64,000 bases of DNA from Candidatus Bathyarchaeota archaeon (GTDB lineage Archaea > Thermoproteota > Bathyarchaeia > 40CM-2-53-6): positions 11,671 to 75,670 of the forward strand of contig VBBN01000035.1 in NCBI GenBank assembly GCA_005888735.1, in the 5' to 3' direction. Numbering within the stretch: position 1 is the first letter of the stretch; every line of letters begins with the position of its first letter. The notes under the pieces were generated by a model. It saw only the letters and a program-made list of their open reading frames with translations. It was not told where the DNA came from and searched no databases. Below are positions 46,919 to 55,589 of the stretch, one piece after another. Both the position numbers and the translations under genes were made by a program.

Positions 46919-47398
46919 ATGGCAAAGACTCGTAACGGTAGAAGCCAGCTTGCAAAGCTAGCCAGCGCCCATAGGCCCAGCCCCAGGCTACAGACACCGC
47001 GCAAAGAGGATTACGTCGAGATAATCTACGAACTCATCCGAGAGAAAGGATTCGCAAAACCAGTTGACATTGCTAACCACCTACATGTCACCCCGCCCAC
47101 CGTCACTGGTATGTTGGACGGCCTGCGCAGGGAGGGTTTGATAGTTCATGAGAAGTACGGTGGAATAGCCTTGACTGCGAGAGGCTCGGCCATGGCCGAG
47201 ACGATCGGGGAGCGACACGCATTGCTGGTCAACTTTCTCCGTCTCTTCGGCGTTCAAGAGGCTACAGCTCAGAAGGACACGGAAGGCTTGGAACATTACG
47301 TCGCCCCCGGGACCCTGGAGCAGTTGGCCAGACTCATTGATTACGTGAAGGCAAACCCTGACTGGTGGAGCCAGTTTAAGAAACAGTCAAAGGCCTAA
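46919..47398 (+). CDS. DtxR/MntR family metal-dependent transcriptional repressor
   Basis: EDYVEIIYELIREKGFAKPVDIANHLHVTPPTVTGMLDGLRREGLI HTH and a metal-binding helical domain. Confidence 0.75.
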   Translation: MAKTRNGRSQLAKLASAHRPSPRLQTPRKEDYVEIIYELIREKGFAKPVDIANHLHVTPPTVTGMLDGLRREGLIVHEKYGGIALTARGSAMAETIGERHALLVNFLRLFGVQEATAQKDTEGLEHYVAPGTLEQLARLIDYVKANPDWWSQFKKQSKA

Positions 47399-47465
47399 CG
47401 TGACTGTTGAAGACAAGAGCAAGTTTACTGATTGCATCGCCTATCTAAGGTGCAGAAGGAAAAAC

Positions 47466-48944
47466 CTACTTGAGAGATGAAGTAATTTCCTCCACTAGAG
47501 GATTCAGGTCCAGTCCTTTATAGCCAAGGTCTCGCAGCATCTCTTCTACCTGATATTTTTGCCCGAGTGACCACCACTTCTGGAGCTGTATCCCTGCCCC
47601 CCTCTTTAGGAACCAGTCTTCCCCAAAACGCTCGGTTAGGATGCGCTTGACTTGGGATTCGAATATCCAAGCGCGGAGATAGTTGGCACAATAGAATCCG
47701 TCATCAACATCCATCAGATAGTGGCTGGCGGGGTGCTTGAACACCAGCGACAACTCAAGAGTCTCTTTGTACCGGTTCGGGGCGTCCTTGAGACCCTTTC
47801 TATGAAGAGCGAGTTCGTATGTGAGTTTCGCAGCGTACCGGCGCAGGAAGTAGAGCTTGTAGAGATAGACGAACTTGAGAAACGCTCTTGGCTCCCTCAT
47901 ACCTGTATACTTCGCCAGCCAGTGGGGGTTTGTCAGTAAGTATTCCATCAGGAATGCGTAGCCCTCGGTGAGCGAATTATCGCCAAGATACCGGTATTCG
48001 ACTGGGAGGTCTGAACGTGTCGACCCATAATGTTCGGCGTGGCCAGCTTCGTGGAATATCGATGCGTAGTCATCATGCCCGCCTTGCGGCATCACTACTA
48101 GTCTAACGTCGTCCGGGACCTTGATTGGACTGACAAAGGCCCTCGGCGTCTTCTTAGGTCTCTCCTCAACATCGAGGTGGATGTTCCTCTGTTCATCGAG
48201 TCTTATTCCCATTCCTGCAAGGGTCCGCTTGAGCGTCTCAATCGCCTTCTCTCTCCTGAAGAAGCTATCGAACTCTATGGCTCGGAAGACATAACTGATG
48301 TCGTGTTTCTCCGCCTCCGGCAACGTGGCTCCTGCTTGCGTCTTTGTTAACTCGCCTAGTTGCGTAGTGTAGGAAGCTTTCGTCTTCTCGAGAAACGAGC
48401 GTAGCAATAAGTCGAGAGATTCCAGTTGTATAGATTTGATGTCCTCGTAGAGTTTGACATAGTCAGAATAGCCAAGCTCGTGAGCGGTCTTGTGCAGAAC
48501 GAGCATTCTCTCCTCGAGAGTTGGGTTGATGGTCTCGATGACCCGATTACGTGCTCCGAATATTGATGCTCTTTTTTTCCTGTTAGGCTCGTTGACCATG
48601 ACAACGGCGGCTTGACGGAAAGGATACGTGTCCCCGGCCACTGTTACAGTGGCTTCTGACTCTACTGTAGTCGCTTTGTCTGACAGTTGTTTAACACGGT
48701 TCTCCATGTAGTTGCCGAAGAGAAAGGAGCGCAGGTACCTGAGCCTTCTCTCCTTCTCCCCGTCGGCGGACCGGGCCTCCTTCTGGACCTCGTCCAAGAT
48801 GGCCCGTTTGAACAGGTGACCATATTTTTCATAGATCTTAGCAGCTTCAATCTTATCCTTCAACCCGGCTCCATTGAGATAGTATTCTTGGTCCAATAGA
48901 CTGTTGAACTCTTCGAGGTCCGAGCGAATCTGATCGATGTTCAA
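47466..48944 (-). CDS. M3-like (oligoendopeptidase F / carboxypeptidase-Taq-like) zinc metallopeptidase
   Basis: HEAGHAEH zinc motif within a roughly 490-aa helical protein. Exact family (M3B vs M32) not resolvable by eye. Confidence 0.55.
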   Translation of the reverse strand: MNIDQIRSDLEEFNSLLDQEYYLNGAGLKDKIEAAKIYEKYGHLFKRAILDEVQKEARSADGEKERRLRYLRSFLFGNYMENRVKQLSDKATTVESEATVTVAGDTYPFRQAAVVMVNEPNRKKRASIFGARNRVIETINPTLEERMLVLHKTAHELGYSDYVKLYEDIKSIQLESLDLLLRSFLEKTKASYTTQLGELTKTQAGATLPEAEKHDISYVFRAIEFDSFFRREKAIETLKRTLAGMGIRLDEQRNIHLDVEERPKKTPRAFVSPIKVPDDVRLVVMPQGGHDDYASIFHEAGHAEHYGSTRSDLPVEYRYLGDNSLTEGYAFLMEYLLTNPHWLAKYTGMREPRAFLKFVYLYKLYFLRRYAAKLTYELALHRKGLKDAPNRYKETLELSLVFKHPASHYLMDVDDGFYCANYLRAWIFESQVKRILTERFGEDWFLKRGAGIQLQKWWSLGQKYQVEEMLRDLGYKGLDLNPLVEEITSSLK

Positions 48945-49026
48945 GATTAACTGGGCAGTTAGACCGTATTTCCGTGTAGAAAAAGGCTAGAGCATCTGCC
49001 TTGCCCAACTTTTAAGGTCGGAAACG

Positions 49027-50367
49027 ATGCCCACTTCCTCAACTTTGCAAACGAAGGAGCCGAAAGTATCGTACCAGCGAGTCTTTGAACTCTTGGAAGC
49101 CCATCACAAATGGTTCCAGCAGTCCCTTCCCCTGATTGCCAGCGAGAATATCCCGAGCCAGGCTGTTCGCGAAGCGATCCTCTCGGACTTTGGCAATCGG
49201 TACGCAGAGGGGTGGCCGGGTGAGAGAGTCTACGCAGGTTGCAAGTACATTGACCAGGTCGAGCTTTTGTGCAAACAGCTAGCTGAGGAATTGTTCCGGG
49301 TCGAGTTTGCGGACGTTCGCCCCGTCTCGGGGGTCTGTGCAAACCTCGTTGCATACACCACTTTCACGAACCCCGCTGATACGATGATGGCTCTACCCAT
49401 TCCTGCTGGCGGGCACATCAGCATGGGAAAGAAGGAATTCGGAGGGACAGCAGGCTCTGTTCGAGGGTTGAACGTCGAGTATTTTCCGTTCGATACCGAC
49501 ATGATGGACATCGATGTTGACGCGACAAAGAAGAGGGTCGAGAAACTGGTTGCCGAGGGCAAGAAACCTGCTCTAGCCATGTTCGGTGGCTCGGTGCTCC
49601 TCTTTCCTCAACCGGTCCGTGAGCTTTCAGACTTCTTCCACGAGCTTGATGCGAAGGTCTGCTTCGACGCGGCCCATGTCGCTGGGCTGGTCGCGGGGGG
49701 AAAATTCCAAGACCCAATCCATGAAGGGGCGGATGCCATGACATGCAGTACGCACAAGACACTCCCAGGGCCTCAGGGAGGACTGATTATTTCACATGCT
49801 AGGTATGGCGAGGCAATAAAAAAATCTACCTTCCCTAGCAACTTGAGCAACCACCACCTGCACCATTTGGCGGGGAAGGCCGTGATGTTCGCTGAGATGA
49901 TGGCGTTCGGCCGCGAGTACGTTACTCAGATTGTCAGGAATAGCAAGGCCCTTGCGCAAGCTATGCACGAACGTGGTTTCAAGGTCATGGGCGAGAAGCG
50001 TGGTTTCACCGAGTCCCACCAATTGGTAGCTGATATCACGAAGTACGGGGATGGGAGGACTATAGAGAAGCGGTTGGAGAACTCGAACATCATTCTCAAC
50101 CGCAACCTTCTGCCATATGATATCAAGGCCGGCAGGCATTTTGAAGCTCCCGGAGGGATCAGAATGGGAGTATCCGAGCTTACACGTCTTGGAATGAGCG
50201 AGTCTGAGATGGTCGATATCGCAGAGCTAATCGCACGAGTGGTTGTGAAGCGAGAGTCCCCTGAGAAAGTGGCGGCGGACGTGGCCGAGTTCCGAAAGGA
50301 CTACAATCGTGTCAAGTACGCCTTCGACTCGACACGCGACGCATACGAGTACATCAGACTGCGCTGA
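49027..50367 (+). CDS. glyA: serine hydroxymethyltransferase
   Basis: PLP-lysine motif TCSTHKTLPGPQGG, 446 aa, archaeal-type SHMT blocks. Confidence 0.9.
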   Translation: MPTSSTLQTKEPKVSYQRVFELLEAHHKWFQQSLPLIASENIPSQAVREAILSDFGNRYAEGWPGERVYAGCKYIDQVELLCKQLAEELFRVEFADVRPVSGVCANLVAYTTFTNPADTMMALPIPAGGHISMGKKEFGGTAGSVRGLNVEYFPFDTDMMDIDVDATKKRVEKLVAEGKKPALAMFGGSVLLFPQPVRELSDFFHELDAKVCFDAAHVAGLVAGGKFQDPIHEGADAMTCSTHKTLPGPQGGLIISHARYGEAIKKSTFPSNLSNHHLHHLAGKAVMFAEMMAFGREYVTQIVRNSKALAQAMHERGFKVMGEKRGFTESHQLVADITKYGDGRTIEKRLENSNIILNRNLLPYDIKAGRHFEAPGGIRMGVSELTRLGMSESEMVDIAELIARVVVKRESPEKVAADVAEFRKDYNRVKYAFDSTRDAYEYIRLR

Positions 50368-50483
50368 TAGACCTCCAAAAGCCTTGGACGGTACGCTTAA
50401 TACAGTCAGGCGCTGACCTCTATACGACAAACGGCTGATCGGTGTTGGGAGAAAGGGAGAAGAGGCGTCGAAAAGAAGCACCA

Positions 50484-50621
50484 ATGCCAGCCGCTAGTGC
50501 TGGACTCTTGCGGTTTTTCGAAGAGGACACTCCGGGAGTCAAGCTCAGTCCCCAACTGGTCGTCATATCGGGTATCCTTCTTGTGACCTTCGCCCTGATG
50601 GCCTACTTCCTTCTTCCCTAG
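50484..50621 (+). CDS. secG: preprotein translocase subunit SecG / Sec61-beta (45 aa; not in the ORF track)
   Basis: MPAASAGLLRFFEEDTPGVKLSPQLVVISGILLVTFALMAYFLLP. The AGLxRYF-EE...K..P motif plus a single C-terminal TM is the archaeal Sec61beta pattern. Confidence 0.55.
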   Translation: MPAASAGLLRFFEEDTPGVKLSPQLVVISGILLVTFALMAYFLLP

Positions 50622-50751
50622 AAGTTCTTCGAACTCCGCGGGTTCTGTGCTGGTTACATGATGCTTTAGAGAACTCGCACTCCGAGCACTTACTGAGGAC
50701 CTAAGGTAGCAGTGTGGGGGGCTACCTTGGATTCCAGCGAGACAATGGACT

Positions 50752-52311
50752 TTGGGAATACTATCTCGAAAAACAAAAACACTGATTCTCGTTCTGGTCG
50801 CATCATTGTTCCTTGCGGTTGGCCTCGTTCCAGTCCACGCAGCCACTCAGTACGCACTGTCTTTGAACCCCGGGCGAACTCAGGAGCAAAGCTCGCCGGG
50901 TGTGACTGTAACCCTTACTGTTACGGGCGCTAGTAGCGGGCAGCCTTATTCTTTCCTACTTCTGGTCACTGACCCCTCAGGCGCAAAGAGCAACGCAACA
51001 CGTAGCACAATCGCCCCTGGGTCCGCATTTTCCTTTCAGCTGAACTACCCATCAGACTTCTCGCGTGGGTCCATCAAATATGTAGGGCAGTACAACGTTA
51101 ATGTTGCCCAAACTACACCCTCAGTCAGTGCAAGTGTTGCCTCCGGACACCTTGACGTCGGGCTAACAGACAAATCTACGTATGAGAGAACTTATCCAGT
51201 CTCGATAAAGGCAGATGCGTATTCTTCGAACGAAACGGTGAGGATTGACATTACACATGCTTCATTATCAGCGCCCGACTTTCCGGCCTTCGTCAACGCA
51301 GACCCATCTGGCAATGTTTTCTTCTCCTGGCTAACGACCCCGGATCTTCCAATAGGAAACTACAATGTAACTATAACTGGGGGTTCCACTGTAAAGGCGG
51401 TCCGTGACTCTCAAAGCTTCCTGCTCGACCTGACGGGCGTTACGATCCGCGGGATCAATGTCGCGCAGAGTTCGCTTATGCGAAGCCAGACTGCTCGGTT
51501 CAGTTTCTCCGCCGACTATCTTGGAGGCGGACCCGTGCAGAGCGGATTCGCGACTCTACTCGTGACTCAACCGGATTTCACGATTCAGCAAGTCCCTGCA
51601 ACGTACAACGCGACGAGCGCCCGGTTCGAGGCCGGCTATCGGATACCTCTGGTGAGCATGAACGGATCCTGGACTGCCTTGGTGAAAGCAAACAGCCTGC
51701 AGGATTCGTACGGGAATAGCGGGCCCGACAGTAGTCCTTCTGCGGATTTCATCGTCACACCGGCGTCTCTAAGTGTCGATTTGAACTTCACCAGGGGTGA
51801 TATTGTGATCGGCAACGTTGTAGCTATTTACTCGAACATCACGACTCCAGACGGAAGCAGTTTCGCGGCGGGAACAGTATCAGCCTTCGTCTCCCCTCCT
51901 GGACGCCCCATTGGAAACCAGGTTAACCTTCTCTATGACAGCAGCCAACGAAAATGGGTCGGCAGTTACACTGTGTCCACTAACGACCCATCCGGGGTCT
52001 GGCTAGTCAAGGTATCAGCTTCTGACCCCTATGGTAATTCGGGTTCGGGTTCCACATCGTCAATCGTAACCGTTGTTGCTCCAGTCAGTCAAGGGTCGAC
52101 TCTTACACTTTGGTTCTTGACAGCTTTCGGGGCTATCGCAGCCGGCCTCTTGGTCGGGCTCTTCTTGTTGAGAAGGAAACGGACTTTTCAGCACCACCTG
52201 CAGGTTGACCTTCAAGCAGTCAGCGAGGAGGCTAGCAAGGTCAAGAATCAAGAGTTCTTCCAGTCTATCAAGGAACAGATAGAAAAGCAGAGAGAGGGCA
52301 AAGGTTCCTAG
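50752..52311 (+). CDS. type-I surface protein, paralog of 4569..6143 (signal peptide, sequon-rich ectodomain, TM, conserved basic cytoplasmic tail)
   Basis: TTG start. ILVLVASLFLAVGLVPVHA signal peptide. Ectodomain blocks shared with the paralog. TM LWFLTAFGAIAAGLLVGLFLL then the RRKR... tail. Confidence 0.7.
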   Translation: MGILSRKTKTLILVLVASLFLAVGLVPVHAATQYALSLNPGRTQEQSSPGVTVTLTVTGASSGQPYSFLLLVTDPSGAKSNATRSTIAPGSAFSFQLNYPSDFSRGSIKYVGQYNVNVAQTTPSVSASVASGHLDVGLTDKSTYERTYPVSIKADAYSSNETVRIDITHASLSAPDFPAFVNADPSGNVFFSWLTTPDLPIGNYNVTITGGSTVKAVRDSQSFLLDLTGVTIRGINVAQSSLMRSQTARFSFSADYLGGGPVQSGFATLLVTQPDFTIQQVPATYNATSARFEAGYRIPLVSMNGSWTALVKANSLQDSYGNSGPDSSPSADFIVTPASLSVDLNFTRGDIVIGNVVAIYSNITTPDGSSFAAGTVSAFVSPPGRPIGNQVNLLYDSSQRKWVGSYTVSTNDPSGVWLVKVSASDPYGNSGSGSTSSIVTVVAPVSQGSTLTLWFLTAFGAIAAGLLVGLFLLRRKRTFQHHLQVDLQAVSEEASKVKNQEFFQSIKEQIEKQREGKGS

Positions 52312-52312
52312 T

Positions 52313-53077
52313 TTGGTTAGGACCATTACGGTTCACTCTTTCAAGGGAGGAACCGGTAAGAGCACAATCACAGCCAATCTTGCCACAGCACTCGCCGCGA
52401 GGGGGAGACGAGTAGGCGTGATGGATATGGACCTGGAAGGTCCTGGGCTTCATGTTATTTTCAACATAACACCTGAAGAGGTGAAGCATACTCTAAATGA
52501 TGTACTGCTTGACGCCGTTAGTCCTGACGAAGCAGTCATACCTATGAACGGTCGACTGGGGTTGGAGGCCGGCTCTCTCTACTTCAGTCCCGCCAGCGTG
52601 AGAGTGGGTGAAATGCTCAGAACTCTCAGAACCGGTTTCGAGCTGGAATCGTTCTCCCGAGCCATAGCCAAGCTTGGAACGAGCTTCAAACTCGATTACG
52701 TCATGATTGACACACATCCAGGAATCGAGAACGATACGCTTCTGGTGATGGGAGTGTGCGACCACTTGGTTATCGTGTCTAGAATTGACCAGCAGGACAT
52801 TTTCGGAACCGGGGTCGTGGTGGACATCGCACGGACCCTCGAAAAGCCGGCGCACCTTGTCGTTAACATGGTCCCCAAAGGCCTGAAGGCTTCCGACGCA
52901 TCAAAGCTGGTGAAAGGGATCGGGCACCACTTCAAGGTTGACGTGGCCGGATGGCTGCCGTTTTCAGATGCGGTCCAAAGCTCCTTGAGCAAATCGGTCT
53001 TCATCCTAACCAACCCCAGAGACGCAGTGGCGTCTAGGTTTCAAGACCTTGCAAAACAACTAGAGTCCTACAACTAG
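52313..53077 (+). CDS. ParA/MinD-family P-loop ATPase (paralog of 6136..6900)
   Basis: HSFKGGTGKSTITANLATALA, MDMDLEGPGL, VMIDTHPG. TTG start 1 nt after the upstream stop. Confidence 0.8.
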   Translation: MVRTITVHSFKGGTGKSTITANLATALAARGRRVGVMDMDLEGPGLHVIFNITPEEVKHTLNDVLLDAVSPDEAVIPMNGRLGLEAGSLYFSPASVRVGEMLRTLRTGFELESFSRAIAKLGTSFKLDYVMIDTHPGIENDTLLVMGVCDHLVIVSRIDQQDIFGTGVVVDIARTLEKPAHLVVNMVPKGLKASDASKLVKGIGHHFKVDVAGWLPFSDAVQSSLSKSVFILTNPRDAVASRFQDLAKQLESYN

Positions 53078-53088
53078 GGAGTGGGTAA

Positions 53089-53661
53089 ATGTCAGGTTCA
53101 CCAGGAAGGTTCTCTACTAACAGCCTGAGACGCCTGATAACTTCCATGAACTCCATCCGGTTCCGCGACGAATCTGGAGAGATTGAGTACTTCGGGCAAA
53201 AGGTCGTCCTGTTGAGACGAGACGTTTTTGGGCTCATACGAGGAGAACTTTCACGGGTAGCCGGACCCGCAGCAAACGTCATCATCAGCCTAGCGGGCCG
53301 AAAAGTCGGAACGGAAGAGGGACAAGCACTCGCACTCAAGGCCGAGGCCCTGGGATTGAACGGGCCACAGGCGTTTCCTGACTTCCTCAAAACAGCGGTT
53401 GAAGAGACTAATATGGGAATAGGAAAGATCAGAGTGTCTGATCTTGACCTTCAAAACGGTAGGGTCGATATCACGGTCGTGAACGGGTTCGAATCGGATC
53501 GTCCAGGCGGCTCGTTGAAACCCACCTGCTTCTTCACACTCGGGTACTTAGAGGGAATATTTTCCAAGCTGACTGGCAAGGAGCTTCGCGGACGTGAAGT
53601 GGCCTGCAACGCAAAAGGTGACACACTCTGCCGGTTCTCCCTAAACATGTCGGCTCAGTAG
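53089..53661 (+). CDS. V4R (vinyl-4-reductase-like) domain protein
   Basis: C-terminal CFFTLGYLEGIFSKLTGKELRGREVACNAKGDTLCRFS matches the V4R Cys/Gly pattern (C..G...G......E..C...GD..C.F). Confidence 0.5.
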   Translation: MSGSPGRFSTNSLRRLITSMNSIRFRDESGEIEYFGQKVVLLRRDVFGLIRGELSRVAGPAANVIISLAGRKVGTEEGQALALKAEALGLNGPQAFPDFLKTAVEETNMGIGKIRVSDLDLQNGRVDITVVNGFESDRPGGSLKPTCFFTLGYLEGIFSKLTGKELRGREVACNAKGDTLCRFSLNMSAQ

Positions 53662-54710
53662 CTCTCCCAGAGAGTTCGCTGCGCGAAACTCGGCACGACC
53701 CGCGCTTCGATTCCCAGCCTGGCTTTGAGCGCGTATCGGAGCTCGTCGGCGAACCCTGTGAAAATGTAGACTTGACGTGGGGCGCATTCTCTAATGAAAC
53801 CTACTAGCTGGTCAAAGTCGGCGTGGCTGCTGAGTGGAAAGGCTGTCGCTCGGCTCTTTGCCGAGAGAGCCCACCCTGTGGCGTAGGCTCTCGAGAATCT
53901 CCGTCCAAGGTGCTTCCGATCATTCGGCGTTGTCACGTAGACGCACGGCATGTTTTCAAGCGTCTCTTTTCCGTCCGTGGAATGGTCTGAGAGCCAGTGG
54001 AGGTTGTTCCCGTTCTTGTGGTAGGTCTTGTTGACGCCGTCGAGGCGTTGGTCCACTACTACGGGGATCCTCGTATAGGAGTTGAAAAGCCGTATGATTT
54101 CCTGTCCTTTGCCGGCAGCGTAGACATGGAGGCATGGAACGATTCCGTGCCGTAAGGTGTCCAAGGCCCATTCGACGATTGTGGCGTAGACGTTCTCGCG
54201 AGGAGGGAACTTGTAGAAGGGCGAACCATATGTTGCTTCAATGATGAGCACGTCGCACTTCTCCGGCTGGGCTGCCTTCGTTGTCAACGTGTCAACGCAG
54301 TTGATGTCTCCTGTGTAGAGAATAGTAATGTTCGGGGTCCTGACTAGGAACTGGGCGCTTCCGAGCATGTGTCCTGCGTTGATGGCTTTGACTTCGGTAT
54401 CATCGAACTTGGCCAGGTGTCCTAGTTCAAGGGCCGTGAAATTGGTGACTTTTTGGTCGTTCAGTGCGCGGTGAATGTCGCGGGTCTCCGTAGTTGATTG
54501 TTTGTGTCCTCGGTGACTGAATCCGCGTGTGTGGTCGGCGTGCGCATGACTGACAAAGGCCCAAGCATTGTGTGGGAGCCGATGGAGCCGGACAGGGTCT
54601 ACTGCGAGCGTGATATCAGGTGTGGCAACGACCAGGCCGTCCAGCCATCCAATTCTATCGTTTAGCGTCCGGCTTTCCCTCGGGAATACTCTCCAGGCGT
54701 TGTATCGCAT
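53655..54710 (-). CDS. metallo-beta-lactamase fold, beta-CASP family hydrolase (putative RNA-metabolising nuclease)
   Basis: HAHADH motif, ATYG, and the beta-CASP motif-C-like LSSHADFDQLVGFI. Confidence 0.55.
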   Translation of the reverse strand: MRYNAWRVFPRESRTLNDRIGWLDGLVVATPDITLAVDPVRLHRLPHNAWAFVSHAHADHTRGFSHRGHKQSTTETRDIHRALNDQKVTNFTALELGHLAKFDDTEVKAINAGHMLGSAQFLVRTPNITILYTGDINCVDTLTTKAAQPEKCDVLIIEATYGSPFYKFPPRENVYATIVEWALDTLRHGIVPCLHVYAAGKGQEIIRLFNSYTRIPVVVDQRLDGVNKTYHKNGNNLHWLSDHSTDGKETLENMPCVYVTTPNDRKHLGRRFSRAYATGWALSAKSRATAFPLSSHADFDQLVGFIRECAPRQVYIFTGFADELRYALKARLGIEARVVPSFAQRTLWESY

Positions 54711-54945
54711 CCAAGTGGAGAAACAAGTCTCCCTTCGGCTCAGTATTTACGACCTGTGGAATCGGGCTGACGACTGTCGAGCGGAGAATTACTGCGTCCG
54801 AGTTTTCCAGCCAGATCCCGGGAGGCTGATGGCTGACAACCGCTAGTTTCCCGGTGTATCCAAAGTCGCGCGTGATAACGACGAGAATTTTCTTTCCTAC
54901 TAGCTTCTCGAGCCTGTGAAAAACTGTGGGAGATGTTGCTGACAT
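54655..54945 (-). CDS. Sm-like (LSm) domain protein (putative)
   Basis: KKILVVITRDFGYTGKLAVV...IWLENSDAV resembles the Sm1 motif. 96 aa. Overlaps the beta-CASP gene start region. Confidence 0.4.
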   Translation of the reverse strand: MSATSPTVFHRLEKLVGKKILVVITRDFGYTGKLAVVSHQPPGIWLENSDAVILRSTVVSPIPQVVNTEPKGDLFLHLDAIQRLESIPEGKPDAKR

Positions 54946-55149
54946 GGTCGTCTCCTACCCGTTCTGGGATGAGTTCCGGTGGACTGTTCATAATTCCTCA
55001 TTTAAAGAACGGCTCTGGGTTTAGCCGGGAGACCTGTGAATATGACGTATGTTATATGTTCAATTCAATCGTAGACTGAAAGGCCTCAGGTTAGGCAAGG
55101 TTAATCTTCTCCGCCGCCAAGTTGAGCGTGAAACGCAACGGAAGCCACT

Positions 55150-55485
55150 ATGCAAGAAATAGACCAATCACTGGACAATGATGGCGTGAACGGCGATGAT
55201 GGCTATGATGAGGAAATCGGGCCTAACCTTGTCAGGATCGGCAAGAAGCCAATCATGAACTATGTTATCGCGTGCGTAACCCTGTTCAATACAGGCGTCC
55301 CGGAAGTCATGGTGCGGGCAAGAGGTCAGTCTATTACAAAAGCCGTGGAAACCGTTGAAACGCTACGCCGTGCTTTCTTCAAGAACGTAAAGGTCCAATC
55401 AGTAGACATTGGGACAGAAGAGGTCCAGCGGGAAGATGGGTCAAAGATCATGCTGTCCACAATTGAGATAACCCTAGGCAACTAA
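55150..55485 (+). CDS. albA: Alba (Sso10b) DNA/RNA-binding protein with an acidic N-terminal extension
   Basis: NLVRIGKKPIMNYVIACVTLFNTGVPEVMVRARGQSITKAVETVETLRRAF...STIEITL is the classic Alba fold sequence. Confidence 0.85.
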   Translation: MQEIDQSLDNDGVNGDDGYDEEIGPNLVRIGKKPIMNYVIACVTLFNTGVPEVMVRARGQSITKAVETVETLRRAFFKNVKVQSVDIGTEEVQREDGSKIMLSTIEITLGN

Positions 55486-55589
55486 CCCCGAGGGGCCAAT
55501 GGACCCTCGGACAGGTAAGGTCCACACTCGAGCATCCGACCGTCTGGCAATCTTATTAGAGGCATGGGCCGGGTCCCCTTTGAACGCGA

